DNA of 64,000 nt. It comes from Raja brachyura (taxonomy: Eukaryota). The stretch's first letter is position 1. The number at the start of each line of letters is the position of its first letter. Made by a program: the position numbers and the translations under genes. Under the pieces are notes generated by a model. The model ran no database searches and was not told the origin of the DNA. It saw nothing but the letters and a program-made list of their open reading frames with translations. Below are positions 1-12,359 of this stretch, piece by piece. The DNA is taken from the NCBI GenBank assembly GCA_963514005.1, contig OY740795.1, forward strand, positions 39,680,001 through 39,744,000, in the 5' to 3' direction.

Positions 1-174
1 TTGCTGCAATTTGATTAAAAAATACCTGCAAACATGTGGCAGAACCCAGAAGAAAACAACCAGCAATTAACCTGAAAGTGAAATAAGTCCTTTTAAAGTA
101 AGACTTGGAATCCTTCCTACGGATCAACGTGTTCATCTGTGCAAACTTAAGGGAGGGCATTGGCTGGAGCTTTA

Positions 175-494
175 AACCCCTGTCCCACGGTATAAGTTCA
201 TTCCAAGAGTTCTCCCGAGTTTGCCCTGATTCGAACTCTGAGATTTACGGTCATGGCCACTCGTCGGTACTCGGGGGTCTCGTGAACATTTTTCATCATG
301 TTGAAAAATGTTCACGAGACTTCCCGTGCTTACCTGCCATTAGCGAGTCTTCCCGAGTACCTGCCGTTAGCGCTAAGAGACGTACCCAAGCTCCGACATA
401 CCCGCTACGTTCATTCTCCGTGCTTACCACGAGTTTGATTTTTTTTTAACTCAGGAGAGCTCTTGGAATGAACTCGTACCGTGGGACAGGGCTA
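175..494. mobile_element. PIF/Harbinger-type MITE, family A, copy 1
   Basis: TIRs ccctgtcccacggta / taccgtgggacaggg with TWA-like flanks. Internally similar, in reverse orientation, to 42591-42920 and 54593-54900. Confidence 0.8.
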
Positions 495-597
495 TTAGTC
501 GCCAAAATGGCGATGCTCACAACAAAAGTACACACGGTGTGAAGTTGTGATATTCTCTGTTCCTTAATGAATGGCCTGACCAATAAGGCAACTACAG

Positions 598-730
598 TGT
601 CTGAAGAAGGGTCTCGACCCGAAACGTCACCCATTCCTTCTCTCCAGAGATGCTGCCTGTCCTGCTGAGTTACTCCAATATTTTGTGTCTATCTGGTTTA
701 AACCACCATCTGCAGTTCCTTCCTACACAG
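598..730 (+). ncRNA. Penelope-type terminal repeat with an intact minimal hammerhead-like core
   Basis: gt-CTGAAGA-agggtctcgaccc-GAA-ACGT-C-ac (599-630): conserved CUGANGA and GAAA boxes, a gggt/accc stem II, and the palindromic ACGU followed by C. Activity not demonstrated. Confidence 0.6.
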
Positions 731-1879
731 CTATTGTGATCCATTCCACAAATGGACAGGTGAATCTCAGGCAATGTTTGGAACTCTAAGTATATACCAA
801 GCACCCCAAAAGACTATAGCCGTCAATGGAAATTTCTTGCTGACTAATTTCTCCTGGGGCTGTTTGTCTTTAAGAAGATTGGAGAGAGTAAAGCAATCAC
901 ATTTTTACAGGGGACTAAACTAATGTAGGCAGGTAGCATGACAATGAAGAGTGCGTGGGGCTGGGCCAGGAAGGCTTTGAAAGAGTTGAAGTTTACGGCA
1001 GGCAACATATTAAATGCCAAAAAGTGGAGCGTAAATGAAGTTACGAGCCAACATGACATAAATGAGTGTTTTTTAAAAACAGAAAGTGGCTTAGGCTGCA
1101 GTGTGTGTATGTGATGGAATGGCAGTGGAGTTTGGCAGTTTTGCTAATGGAGCAGATATGAATTTGCAATCTTGATTTGTGGCCATACAAGATACCAAAA
1201 TTGCAGATATTCTGGTTCAACGCGCTGATGACCTGGAAAAGCAATGAAAGTGCGGACAAGGGAAAATAATTTATGCAAGAGTTTGTGGTGCCTGTGTATT
1301 ATGTTCTCCCAATATTTAAGTGGAGAGATTAGCAGAATGACTTAACTGTCCATCCAACATTTAAGGCATCGTGGGGAATTAGAGTTGCATTATCATCACA
1401 GAAATTCCACCAGTGGTAACATAGCTGGTGTTACAAGGTCATTGATCCAGGAACGTGAGAAGAAACTAAATGTAAATAACTAATTACATTGGGATTGAAA
1501 ACAGCATCAGCAATGTTACTCATGGAACTATTGTCATAACATCTCTTTGGTTCATGAAGGTTCTTCAGAAAATGCAATCTCTCAGCCTGCCTCTTTTACA
1601 TTAATTGTGATTCATGAGCTTTTCCATCTGCTGAACACACCAATGCCTTCCAAGATGGCCAAGCAATCCATTCAGTATGGACAGCCATCAGTATGAATTG
1701 CCAATAACTCTCAGCATTGGCAGCCACATTACATTTCTGTGAAACTTAACATAGACTGGTTAAATAAATGCTGTGGTGATAAGAGCGTGTAAAATGTTGG
1801 ATATGCTGATGTGAATGATTCCCTCCCTCCTCCCAAATCATTTCCATTCAGCTAGGAGACATAAATTATAAACATGCGG

Positions 1880-2045
1880 AACCAACCTAGATTACAGGTA
1901 CACATCCCAGTTCGGACTCAACCCAGATTACAGGTATATATCCCAGTTCGGACAACCCGGATTACAGGTATATAGCATCATATATACCTGTATAGCATTA
2001 CAGGTATATATAGCATATACAGGTATATTACAGGTATATAGAAGT
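1880..2045. repeat. Degenerating tandem repeat (gattacaggtatata..cccagttcggac)
   Basis: Three longer units decaying into acaggtatat subunits. Confidence 0.85.
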
Positions 2046-2554
2046 ATAGGAAGAACATGTCCCTTCCTATACATGGTCTCTACTTACCTGAATAAGTGCA
2101 GCTCCATAACGCTCAACATCTTCAACTCATCCAAGTCTGTGTAGTCTACCAGATTTGCAACCCATTCATCACCTAAATCAAGCACTCCTTGTGTGCAAAC
2201 TGCTCACCAAAACTTTTTTGTTTTACAAATGCCTCCCTAAACCTGCAACTTCACCACAAAGAACAAGGGCAGAAAACAAACGTCTATTCCATAATATTAA
2301 AGCTCCCCTAGAATTTGCACACTATCCGCCTGAGATATATATTACAGTTCCATCACCATCTTTGCTGGACTTAAACCCTGGCACTCCCTGCCCAATAGCA
2401 GTGTGCCAGCACTTCCATCAGACTGATTCCAATGATTGATGAGGCAGCTCACCATCAACGAAGAACAACCATTGACAGGCACATACCATAACTAATTTTT
2501 TTTTTTGAAGCTGACCGGTAGCAAATTGGAGCCTGACCCTATTCTTTATATACC

Positions 2555-3321
2555 ACCAGGGGGCGCCGAGGATGGCAGCCTCTCCAACAGTCTGTCTGTC
2601 TTTATGACTTGTGTTTTAAAAGTTTGTTTTAATGTTCTCTGGTTTGTTTTATGTGGGGGGTGGGCTGGGAGGGGGGGTCGGGGGAAACGTTTTTTCAATC
2701 CCTTACCTTGCCGGAGATTAAATTGTTTACCGGATCGTATCTCCGGTCGCTCTGCGGCCTAACATCATGGATCTGGAGGCCTTGCTCGGGACTGATTTTA
2801 ACTGCCCCCCCCCCGCAGGGATGTGGACTTACCATTGGAGCCGATCCCTTGCCTGGGATCGATGCACAAACCACGACCTGCGGATTCCAACATCGAGGAG
2901 CTCGCAGACTCGGGTAGAGACCAAAGTCAGGAGCTCCAATGACACAGAAGGTTCATCCAGGGTTAGATCACCCGGCGCGGGGAAGCTGAAATTCCTCCCG
3001 GATGCAGGAGCTCGATCGCCCTGATGAGGAGGGCCCAAACGCCGCCGGCTACGGGAGCCAAGATTGACCCGTCAACGGAAGGCTCGAGGCCCCCGACTGC
3101 GGGAGAACATAGAAAGTATTGAACATAGAACAGATTGAACTTTTTTTCGCCTTCCATCACAGTGAGGAATGTAGAGGAGTCACTGTGGTGGATGTTTATG
3201 TTAAAATGTATTTGTGTGTTCTGTTGCTTTTTATTGGTATGACAAATGAAATTCCCCGTATGTTGCAAAACATACTTGGCTAATAAAGTATTATTATGAT
3301 TATGATTACGATTATGATTAT
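2555..3321 (+). mobile_element. Non-autonomous non-LTR retroelement (GC-rich body, LINE-like 3' tail with AATAAA and (tatgat)n)
   Basis: A second diverged copy is at about 53430-53975 and a related one at about 6095-7055. Microsatellite tail at 3290-3321. Clade assignment (Rex/Babar-like tail) is tentative. Confidence 0.7.
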
Positions 3322-4212
3322 TTGTAAGATAGCTTTCTCAGGCCTTAGAATTTAAGGAAATATTTACATCTCATCATCATATGTTTTTTTTAAATTATCA
3401 TCTAATTTTTGATTCCTTTCTGCTATTCTGTGTAACAAGCATTCACATTGCTATTTATATATTTATCTTTTAATAATGTAGTCCAATTTTTTTTAGAGTA
3501 ATTTCTCAGAAGAAAGAAATTCCATTGGTAATAACCAGCTGTTCTTTACATCTATTCATGTACATTTAGGGATTATTAAAGTGCTTTATAAAACGATGCA
3601 TCACACAACAATGGAAATTTCCTGGAAGGCTTAAGGAAAAAAAAGGTCAAACCAGTCCTACTTGCTGCATTTTTTTAAAGGCAGGAGAGATTAGTAGTTC
3701 ATTACTTTTGTTTTTGAAAATGAACATGTTTCATGCATCATATTACCACTAGGAATAATAATTCTGATGATTGGTTAATGTTCTGCATGAATAACTGCAT
3801 ACATCAAAAATCCAAAAGCAAAATCCTCCAGGTCCTTCTTCGGTTAAACCTTTCAGCGACTAAAATGAATCCATAATCTTTCTCTGATTATGGTCAAACC
3901 CTCTGTAACCTAGCAACGCACAATTAAGGAATATGTTTTCAGATCAATTCTGCAATCAGGCCATCATCAGCCAAATTTGCTAGAGTAACAAATGTTAAGC
4001 TTATGCAAACGAGTTTGTTGTGCAATTGGAGACTTTTAGTTTAAAATATGAACAATCTGGCATCATACTGATTAGTGTTCTCTTGTTTCCACACATCAAG
4101 GACAAAAATAGTCGAATGAAATAAATAATTTTTAAAACATTAAGCGAGCACAGAAGACAAAATATGACGTTTAATGATAGAGATACTATCTATGTCTGTA
4201 CGAGCGAGGAAG

Positions 4213-4376
4213 NNNNNNNNNNNNNNNNNNNNNNNNNNNNNNNNNNNNNNNNNNNNNNNNNNNNNNNNNNNNNNNNNNNNNNNNNNNNNNNNNNNNNNNN
4301 NNNNNNNNNNNNNNNNNNNNNNNNNNNNNNNNNNNNNNNNNNNNNNNNNNNNNNNNNNNNNNNNNNNNNNNNNNNN
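4213..4376. other. Assembly gap (164 N) next to a purine-rich low-complexity tract (4377-4540)
   Basis: N run and adjacent GA-rich sequence. Confidence 0.99.
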
Positions 4377-6094
4377 GGGAGAGAGAAAGGGGGAGATAAA
4401 GGGGAGAGAGAAAGCGGGAGAAAGGGGAGAGCAGAAGGGGGAGAGAGAAAGGGGAGAAAGGAGGAGAGAGAGAGGTGAGAGGAGAGAAAGAAAGTGCAAG
4501 AGAAACAGACAGATGGGAGTGAGAAAGGTAAGAAAGAAAGTGTGTGAATGTATCTGTGAGCAAGTATAGGAATTGAGTAGCAATCACAATTACACATAGG
4601 AAAATTATGTGACGATTATAAGGTTCAAAATGGAACATATGAAGGAAAATGCCAAATATACCGACCAGGAGATCAAGAGGGAAGCATATGGTGAAGAAGT
4701 GAAAATATAGTCAACTAGTAATTCACCACAGGGATTTATTTTGTAAATTCACAATTAATATTATATGCATAATCCTGTCATTATTGTTCCAGCGTATCCA
4801 GAACAATGTATTTAAACTTGACACAAATGCAGCAGAATGAGGTGTCCATTCTTCTCTTCATCATCTGTTGGGTTATGCTGCAGAAAGGCTTTTGGTTTTA
4901 TTACTGTCGAATTGCTGTAGGCAAACTGAGGTTTCTTCAAATTTTGTTAAAATTCTGACATTTTCACAGCATGGAAATGCGAATCACATCAAGCAACAAT
5001 CATCCAATAATCTGCAATATAACCTTGAAATGAACATTGCAAACTAACAAGATTTGACCTTGCTGCCGATATTTTCCTTTTAGTATTCACTTATATTATA
5101 AGCTTGGCTAATGTGTATATCAATAGTGAATGCAGAGTACCTGCTGTGATTATATTAAGATGAAATGCCGCAGCCAAGATCGTAATGCAGTTGTGGTTTC
5201 TGCAGGACCATTCGAGTGTGCATTCGTATCGTTAGAATGCAGTCACAGGGACACTCTGAATTGGCAAGATGTTAGCACCATACAATAGTAGTAGCTTTCT
5301 TCATGAAATCTGATGCATGAGTCCTGGTTTGTTAGCTTATTAAGTATTTAGGTATTAAGTATTGTAATCAGTTGTGACAGCATAAGTATCTTTCCAGGGA
5401 GCTTCATTAAATAACCTGCAAGAGGCAATATAATAGTGAACAGTCAGCCTCATGGGTAGACTGTTTGGGAGTAGACTGCTCATCATCATCACAGTCCCGG
5501 CTGTGATTATTCTTGTTTGAAAGCACATTGTGCGCTTGTGACTTTAATGAATTGTAATGAGTATTTCTACAGTGCAGGAAAGACATTGATGCTGCTATTT
5601 TGTCAATATAAATTCAAACCACCGGAATATGATGCTCATGTTTGCACATATTTCATTGCACATTTAGTGCAAAGACAAGCTATATTTGCAGTTGGTCAAA
5701 TTTCTCACACATGACAAAGAAATGTAGCTCTAATCCTGCTGGTAAAAATAGGTATTGCAACTCTACTATTTTACAATGTTTACATATTTAGGGTTCATAC
5801 ATCTAAAAGTATTAGAATAAATTACAGGAACTTGAAGCTCTTTCCTCGAGCAACGGAAAATCTAAGCGCCGAGAAAGATTTTGACAACAAAGGAGGGGAT
5901 TTATAGCATTGGCATGGAAATATTTCTGTGGGAGTCCAGAACAAGAAATTCAAATAAAAGCACAAATAATCGCATTGGAGGATTTTACACAAAAATGTGG
6001 AACTCAATAGTACAGGTCCACCAGTCTGGAACCTCCTTTAATCCAGCAAAATTATGATAATGTACTTGAATTTTGTACATTTTACATCGGATGG

Positions 6095-7055
6095 CACCGC
6101 GAGCCGGCAGCTCGCCAGCAGCTGTTCGTCCTTTTGACATTTTTTTTGTTTTTAGTATGTTTAAAAGTATGTTTTAGTGTGTTTTAGTGTGGGGGGTGGT
6201 GGCGGGGAATAGGAGGAAAGTGTTTTTCAGTCACTTTCTTCATTTCACATTTTCCCCCTCCCTCGAGGCCTAACAACTTGGATTTGGAGCGGCGTGGACT
6301 TTCCATCGTGGAGTCTGGGATCCCTTGCCGGGGATCCCTCCAGAACCAGGGGCCACAGTCTTAGAATAAAGGGGAGGTCATTTAAGACTGAGGTGCGAAA
6401 AAACGTTTTTACACCGAGAGTTGTGAATATATGGAATTCCCTGCCACAGAGGGCAGTGGAGGCCAAATCATTGGATGGATTTAAGAGAGCGTTAGATAGA
6501 GCTCCAGGGGCTAGTGGAATCAAGGGATATGAGGAGAAGGCAGGCACGGGTTATTGATAGGGGACAATCAGCCATGATCACAATGAATGGTGGTGCTGGC
6601 TCGAAGGGCCGAATAGTCTCCTCCTGCACCTATTTTCTATGTTTCTTTGATTGCCCGAGTAGATCTCCGACCGCCGGCCTGCAGCCTATAACATCGTAAA
6701 ACCGCAGTCTCCAGTAGGAAGCGGACGATTCGGGACCTCCAAGCCGTGGAGTGTCCGTTTGTCCGTCGCGATGTCAGTGTTTTGAGCATCACGACGAGAG
6801 GGCCTGTACATCGAGCCGTCCGTAGCGCAGATTGCGGAGGGTTCATGGCCCTGACCATGGATGAACAAAGGAGGAGGACTGACAGAGCTAATGCCTTGCA
6901 CCACAGTGAAGAATGTTGATTCCACTGTGGTGGATGTTCATGTTGTATTCTATTGTGTATTGTGCTCTTTTTTGATTGTGTGGCTGCATGGTCAATCAAA
7001 CTCCACTGTACCTTCATTGGTGCATGTGGCAATACATGTGAACTTGAACTTGAAA
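6095..7055 (+). mobile_element. Related non-autonomous retroelement interrupted by the CR1 at 6339-6646
   Basis: 5' part resembles 2570-2780; 3' part (cacagtgaagaatg..cactgtggtggatgtt) resembles 3157-3260; (tgaact)n tail. Confidence 0.65.
6339..6646 (+). mobile_element. CR1-type LINE 3' end (same family as 50326-51199)
   Basis: Closely similar to 50891-51199. Confidence 0.92.
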
Positions 7056-7440
7056 TTCTTTCCAGAAGTCCCCCCCAAAATGTGACGCCTAGGCCGGGTG
7101 AGGCGGCCGATCTTGATCGCATTGGAACTTATATGACTGTTCCACTGATCGGCAACTGATCAACTTTGCCCCCTGCGGCCGGGGCTCTGGAACTCCGTCC
7201 GGCCCGGAGGCAGTGGATCAGTGGGGGTTGATATCTTGGCCCCTGGGGGCCTAGGCAGACCACTCCGGTACCACACGACTCCACTTGGAGGTCGTGAACT
7301 CTGTTAGCCCAGCAAAATGGATAATATAGAAAGGCTCTGGAAGCAAGGGTGCCAGAAGATCGGTGGTGGATCTGCGATCATTGAATGGAACACAATAAAA
7401 TATGCACAACGCTGAAATCTGAAATAAAATCAGAAAATTG

Positions 7441-7712
7441 GGAGGCGGCACAGAAGTAGAGCTGCTGCCTCCAAGTGCCAGAAACCCGGGTTTGATCCTG
7501 ACCTCGGGTGGGGTTTGTATGTTTTCCATGTGACCGCATGAGTTTTCCCCGGGTGCTCCGGTTTCCTCTCAAAATTCCGAAGGCGTGCAGGTTTGTAAGT
7601 GAATCGACTCCTGTAAAGTGCTCCTAGTGTGTGGGACATAGAACTAGTGTACGGGTGATTGTTGGTTGATATGGTCGCAGGGCCTGTTTCCATGCTGCAT
7701 CTCTAAATTAAG
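7441..7712 (+). mobile_element. tRNA-derived SINE, same family
   Basis: Similar to 10565-10878. Confidence 0.8.
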
Positions 7713-10421
7713 CTATAACATAGTTGGACATCTCAGCTTGCATTAGTCTGCATTTGTGGATACAGAAACAGACTTAATGTTTCAAATTGATTATGTTTCC
7801 TCAGAAACAAATGCTGAATGTAAAAGTGCAAAGAGTTTCCTGTGTAATCGAACCCCTGACTAAACACTAATCAAGCAACATGCATTCCATATAATTCAAT
7901 GGTAATCTATAAAAAACTGTTATATGTGTTCACTTTATCACAATCGGGGCTGCTCAACTTTTATTTTCAGCGTGCATGTTTTACCTTAGTTCAAAGAAGC
8001 ACACAGAATTTTTAAAAGTCGTTCTCATTTGAAATGTGAATATTTGAGTTCTCGCATTGCCTATGTTTTTCCCCTTGCACTGCAATGAGAGTGAAAGAGA
8101 ACCAAGATTCATATCCATTTACCCAGATCAGTTTCTGATCTGAATCCTATTTCACTTATGCCTCATGAATTCTTTTCTGTATTTCTTTTTTTTTTGGTTC
8201 TTTATTTTATACGAGGCATGTTGTCTGCATTTCACATTTTTGGAGCTATGGGTCTCCACATCACAACAATTTTGTCGTGTAGTCCTCCTTCTGACAAACC
8301 TCAACATGCTCACATATCCTAGGATGCTTATGATGGCTTGAGGGGAAATATGTTCCAAGCTGTCTCCTTCAATAATGGTTCCTCTATTATTTTATCTGCA
8401 GCCATTTGTTTTGTTCCTTTACCCTGCTGTTTTAATAGCTTTGTTTTGTTGTCTTGTGGTTTTATGTATTTCTAATTTTCCTCAAGTGTCAATCTCTATT
8501 AAATAATGTAGATCGACCATCTTTTTCTATGGTGGAAGGACTTGTTAGTGTTTTATCTATTAAGAAGCAGGTGTTATGGATGTCTGTTGTTCCACTGTTG
8601 TACATGCTAACATGCTGTCTCTAGGGCTGTTTTTCTGATTATAGCTTTTCACTCATTAATTTAATATTTGCTGTTGTCTGCTCTGTCTTTTATCCTGCTT
8701 TGCTCCTATCATTTTCCTTCCTTCATTCTTCTCTCTCCAGAAGCCAATTAATTAGTCCCCTGACCACCAGACAATCCTAGCACCTCACTGCAGCACCACC
8801 ACGATGTATACTGGGATGTCATTAACTGTGGAGGTTGGTAGCGTAGCTAAGCCCGAGCTTGTTCTCACTCACTTCGGGTCATCGCAGGCTGTGAGTGGCA
8901 CAGGCAAGACCAGCAATTATTGACGACCTCTAATTTTATTAGGGAATACCGTGGCAAGTTTCTGCCTTAATCCACCATTAGCTATGTCATGGAGATCCAC
9001 AAGTATGGAGTTAAGGGATCCGGTGCTGGTGGAAGACTTACTGTGTGTTCATTAGGATTATGCACAACTACAAAGGGGGAGGTGGGGGGGAACTGGAGCT
9101 GATGGTGCTTCCTTGCTCTTGTTATGGTAGATGGTGGAAATTGAGAGGGGATGCCTTCAAAGCTTTGATGAGCTACTGCTACTGAATTTTGTAGATGGTG
9201 CACATTGTAACTGTGTAGTTTCAAGGGGAAAGTAAGTAAATAATGAAGGTGCAGGACAGATACAGAGCAAACACGCTGCTTGGTACCAGGTGTCGAGTTC
9301 TTGAATATTGTAGGTGCTACATCCAACCAGGCAAGGGCAGAGTATTCCATCAGACTCCTGATTTGTGATTTGTGGAAGAAGCAAAGCCTTTGGTGATTCC
9401 AGAATCACTTACCATGAATACCCTTCTCTGCCCTGCTCTTGTGGCCACAGCATTTATGTGACAGGTCTAGTTAGCTTTTCCAGTAAACCACTCTCACCCA
9501 CTTGCCAACCAGTCCACGTAACTATCCCCTTACACCACCCTCACCCTGCCCATCCCCCACCAGGGTGTTAATCATTTTGAATGTCAAGAAAATATGAAAA
9601 TTGCCTGGTATTTGTTTGGCATGTGTCATAAGCCACCTGGTCGGATAAATGTTATAAGCCACCAAGGCAAATAGACATAAAGTGCCTAATTGCGCAAGAG
9701 GCTGGGAATGGTACTGAACGCTTGTGAAGACGTCTACAAGGGTCCTCATATCTGACAGCTCATGGACAAAGTAGCCAAAGATACCTGACCTGGAACTGCT
9801 AAGAATCACTAGCAATTTTGAGCTGGGACTAAATAAACTTCATTGCCCTCTCCCACAAACAACCAAGATTTTTCTCCATTGGGCACGGAATGACAAGAGT
9901 CTAGAGTACTCATTACTCCTTCATCTGTAATATTTCCTAAAAGGAACTTGTACTTTATTTTGAGTCCTGTTTGATTATTCTGTTTTACGAGCACAGGTTA
10001 CTTGGAAGTAATTAGCCAGGCCATCAAAGATGTAACATGGAGCAACTGAGTAGGTTTGTGACAGTTATCTAGTTGGTCATCCCAGCTGGTTAAATATACA
10101 GGGTGCCACGATACTAAGCCAGAAATCCCACAGATGCAACATTTCAGGCAAGTTGGCTGAAGTGGTGGTGACAATTGATCGTATTTGTCTCAATGTGGGG
10201 AGGAGTCACTGAAAATTGACTCTAAACTGTGGTCGAAGGCATGAATACAACAAGGACAGAATTATGGGAAATGTCTGAATTATATTTTGAACCTGTGGTG
10301 TTATTTTCTTTTTGATGTTTGAATGCAGCAGTATTATTTAACCATCAGTGGGGTAGTCAGACTTTTTAAAGAGCTATTAAAGGAGGTTGTTCTTTTAATA
10401 TTTGTGGCAGGTTGAATTGAT

Positions 10422-10515
10422 CATCTTTTTACTATCAAATTATTAAATATCTATCACCTTTTGAATTTGACCATCTTTTTACTATCAAATTATTAAATAT
10501 CTATCACCTTTTGAA
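10422..10515. repeat. Tandem duplication with a 50-bp period
   Basis: catctttttactatcaaattattaaatatctatcaccttttgaa occurs at 10422 and 10472. Confidence 0.92.
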
Positions 10516-10564
10516 AACAATTATTGATATTTCAACAGAATTCTTGGCAAGTTCCATTTAAATA

Positions 10565-10878
10565 CGGTGGCGCAGTAGTACAGTTGCTGCCTTACAGCGT
10601 TGCAGCGCCAGAGACCCAGGTTCGATCCCGACTACGGGCGCTGTCAGTATGGAGTTTGTATGTTCTCCCCATGACCGCATGGGTTTTCTCTGAGATCTTC
10701 AGTTTCCCCCCACACTCCAAAGATGTGCGGGTTTGTAGGTTATTGGCTTTGTTTCAGTGCAAATTGTCCCTGATGCGTGTCGGAATGCGTTAATGTGCAG
10801 GGATCGCTGGGCGGTGCGGACTCGGTGGGCCGAAGGGCCTGTTTCCGTGCTTTATTTCTAGAGTAAACTAAGCTAAAC
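10565..10878 (+). mobile_element. tRNA-derived SINE (V-SINE/HE1-like)
   Basis: A box (ggtggcgcagtag), B box (ggttcgatccc), core tggagtttgtatgttctcccc..gggttttctc, CR1-like tail gggccgaagggcctgtttccgtgct, and a taaac-type tail. Confidence 0.88.
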
Positions 10879-11269
10879 GAAACAGTATTTTTATGTTATG
10901 TTTCAAAAAAGGATTAACTTCACAGAATGTTTAGAACTAATTGCGGGATTGGAGGAGGTTTCGGAGATAGAGAGAGAGACATGCCAAGAAATAACATCAC
11001 AAAGATGAAAATGTTACTGAGACAGTGAATTAAAAAAAATAAGTTTATTTCAGCAACTGTCCTGTAGTCCATGTAGTTTGAGAATGTGGTGATGGATGAA
11101 AGTGATTTGGCACAGGATAGGATATAGGATCAGGCCTTCTCGTTTAATCTGTAAAACAATTTAGGATGTTTTCCTGCATTAAATGAACACAAGTTGCTGT
11201 TTTAAGCCCATTATTAAGGAAGAGATTAGATGATTACATATCACTTTCAGCACCTTATAAATACATGTC

Positions 11270-12340
11270 AGAGTCATAGTCAGAGCGTACAGTACAGAAA
11301 CAGGCCCTCGGCCCAACTAGCCCACGACGACCAAGATGCAAAATCTACATTAGTCCCATATTTGGTTTAGATCCTCTAAACCTTTCCTATCCATGTACCT
11401 ATCCAAATGTCTTCTAAATGTTGTTATAGCATCACCTCTAGCAGCTTATTCCGCATACCTACTACCCTCTGAGTGAAAAAGTTGTCACTCAGGTTCCTAT
11501 TAAATCTTTCGGCTCTCACCCTAAACGTGTGTCCTCTGGTTCTTGATTCCCCTACCCTGGGTAAAAGATTCTATGCATTTACTGCATCTATTAGCTTCAT
11601 GATTTTATACACCTCGTTTAGATCACCTCAGCCTCCTGCGCTCTAAGAAATAAAGCCATAGCCTGCCCAACCTCTCCCTATAGCTCAGGCGCTCAAGTCC
11701 TGGCAACCTCCTCATAAATCTTTTCTGCGCTCTTTCCAGCTTAACAACATCCTGCTTATAGCAGAGTGATCAAAACTGAATACAATACTCCAGATGCAGG
11801 CTCACCAATGTCTGTTACATAACATCCCAACTTCTATACTCAGTACCCTGACTGATGAAGGTCCATGTGTTGTAAGCCTTCTTGAGCATCCCATCTACCA
11901 GTGACTCCACTTTCAAAGATCTATGTACCTTTACTCCTCTGTTCGACAGCAGTCCCCAGGGCCCTGCCAATCACTATGAACGTCCTGCCTGGTTTAGCTT
12001 CCAAAAATGTAATTCCTCATCGTTATCTGCATCAAACTCCATTAGCCATTTTTCTGCCTACTTGCTTAACTGATCCTGCTGTGATTATTGATAACCGTAT
12101 TCGCTATCTATGACACTACCTACTTTATGACATCTGCAAACGTACTAATTATGCCTTCTACATTCTCATCCAAATTGTTGTTAGAAAATACAATCAACAA
12201 TGGGCCCAGAATCAAACCCTGAGGTATACCACTAGACAGAGGCCTCCCATCTAAAAAACAACTGCACACAATCACCTTCTGTTTTCTTCAAATTCTCTAT
12301 CCAGCTGGCTAGCTCACCCTGGATCCCATACCATCTAAAG
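11270..12340 (-). mobile_element. Degenerate CR1-type LINE
   Basis: Reverse-complement RT motifs (FADD-like catctgcaaac, LEYC) and 3' tail acagaaacaggccc. Similar to 38210-39480. Confidence 0.85.
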
Positions 12341-12359
12341 TAGGCACAAAAGACAGGGA

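Noticed and set aside
26-71. Possible 46-nt minus-strand micro-exon (tttcag|...ttgcag|gtattt)
   Set aside because: Splice-like motifs only, with no CtBP2 similarity.
2084-2095. Perfect donor CAG|gtaagt on the minus strand
   Set aside because: Lies inside a degenerate LINE remnant with no supporting exon.
4140-4638. Several ORFs of 100-150 aa
   Set aside because: Artefacts of the N gap and the GA-rich low-complexity tract.
3480-5760. Repeat-poor intronic stretches that could be conserved enhancers (also about 15450-16200 and 35100-35450)
   Set aside because: Conservation cannot be judged without alignments, and I saw no distinctive motif cluster.
10565-10640. tRNA-like A and B boxes
   Set aside because: Head of a SINE, with no complete cloverleaf; continues into the SINE core and tail.
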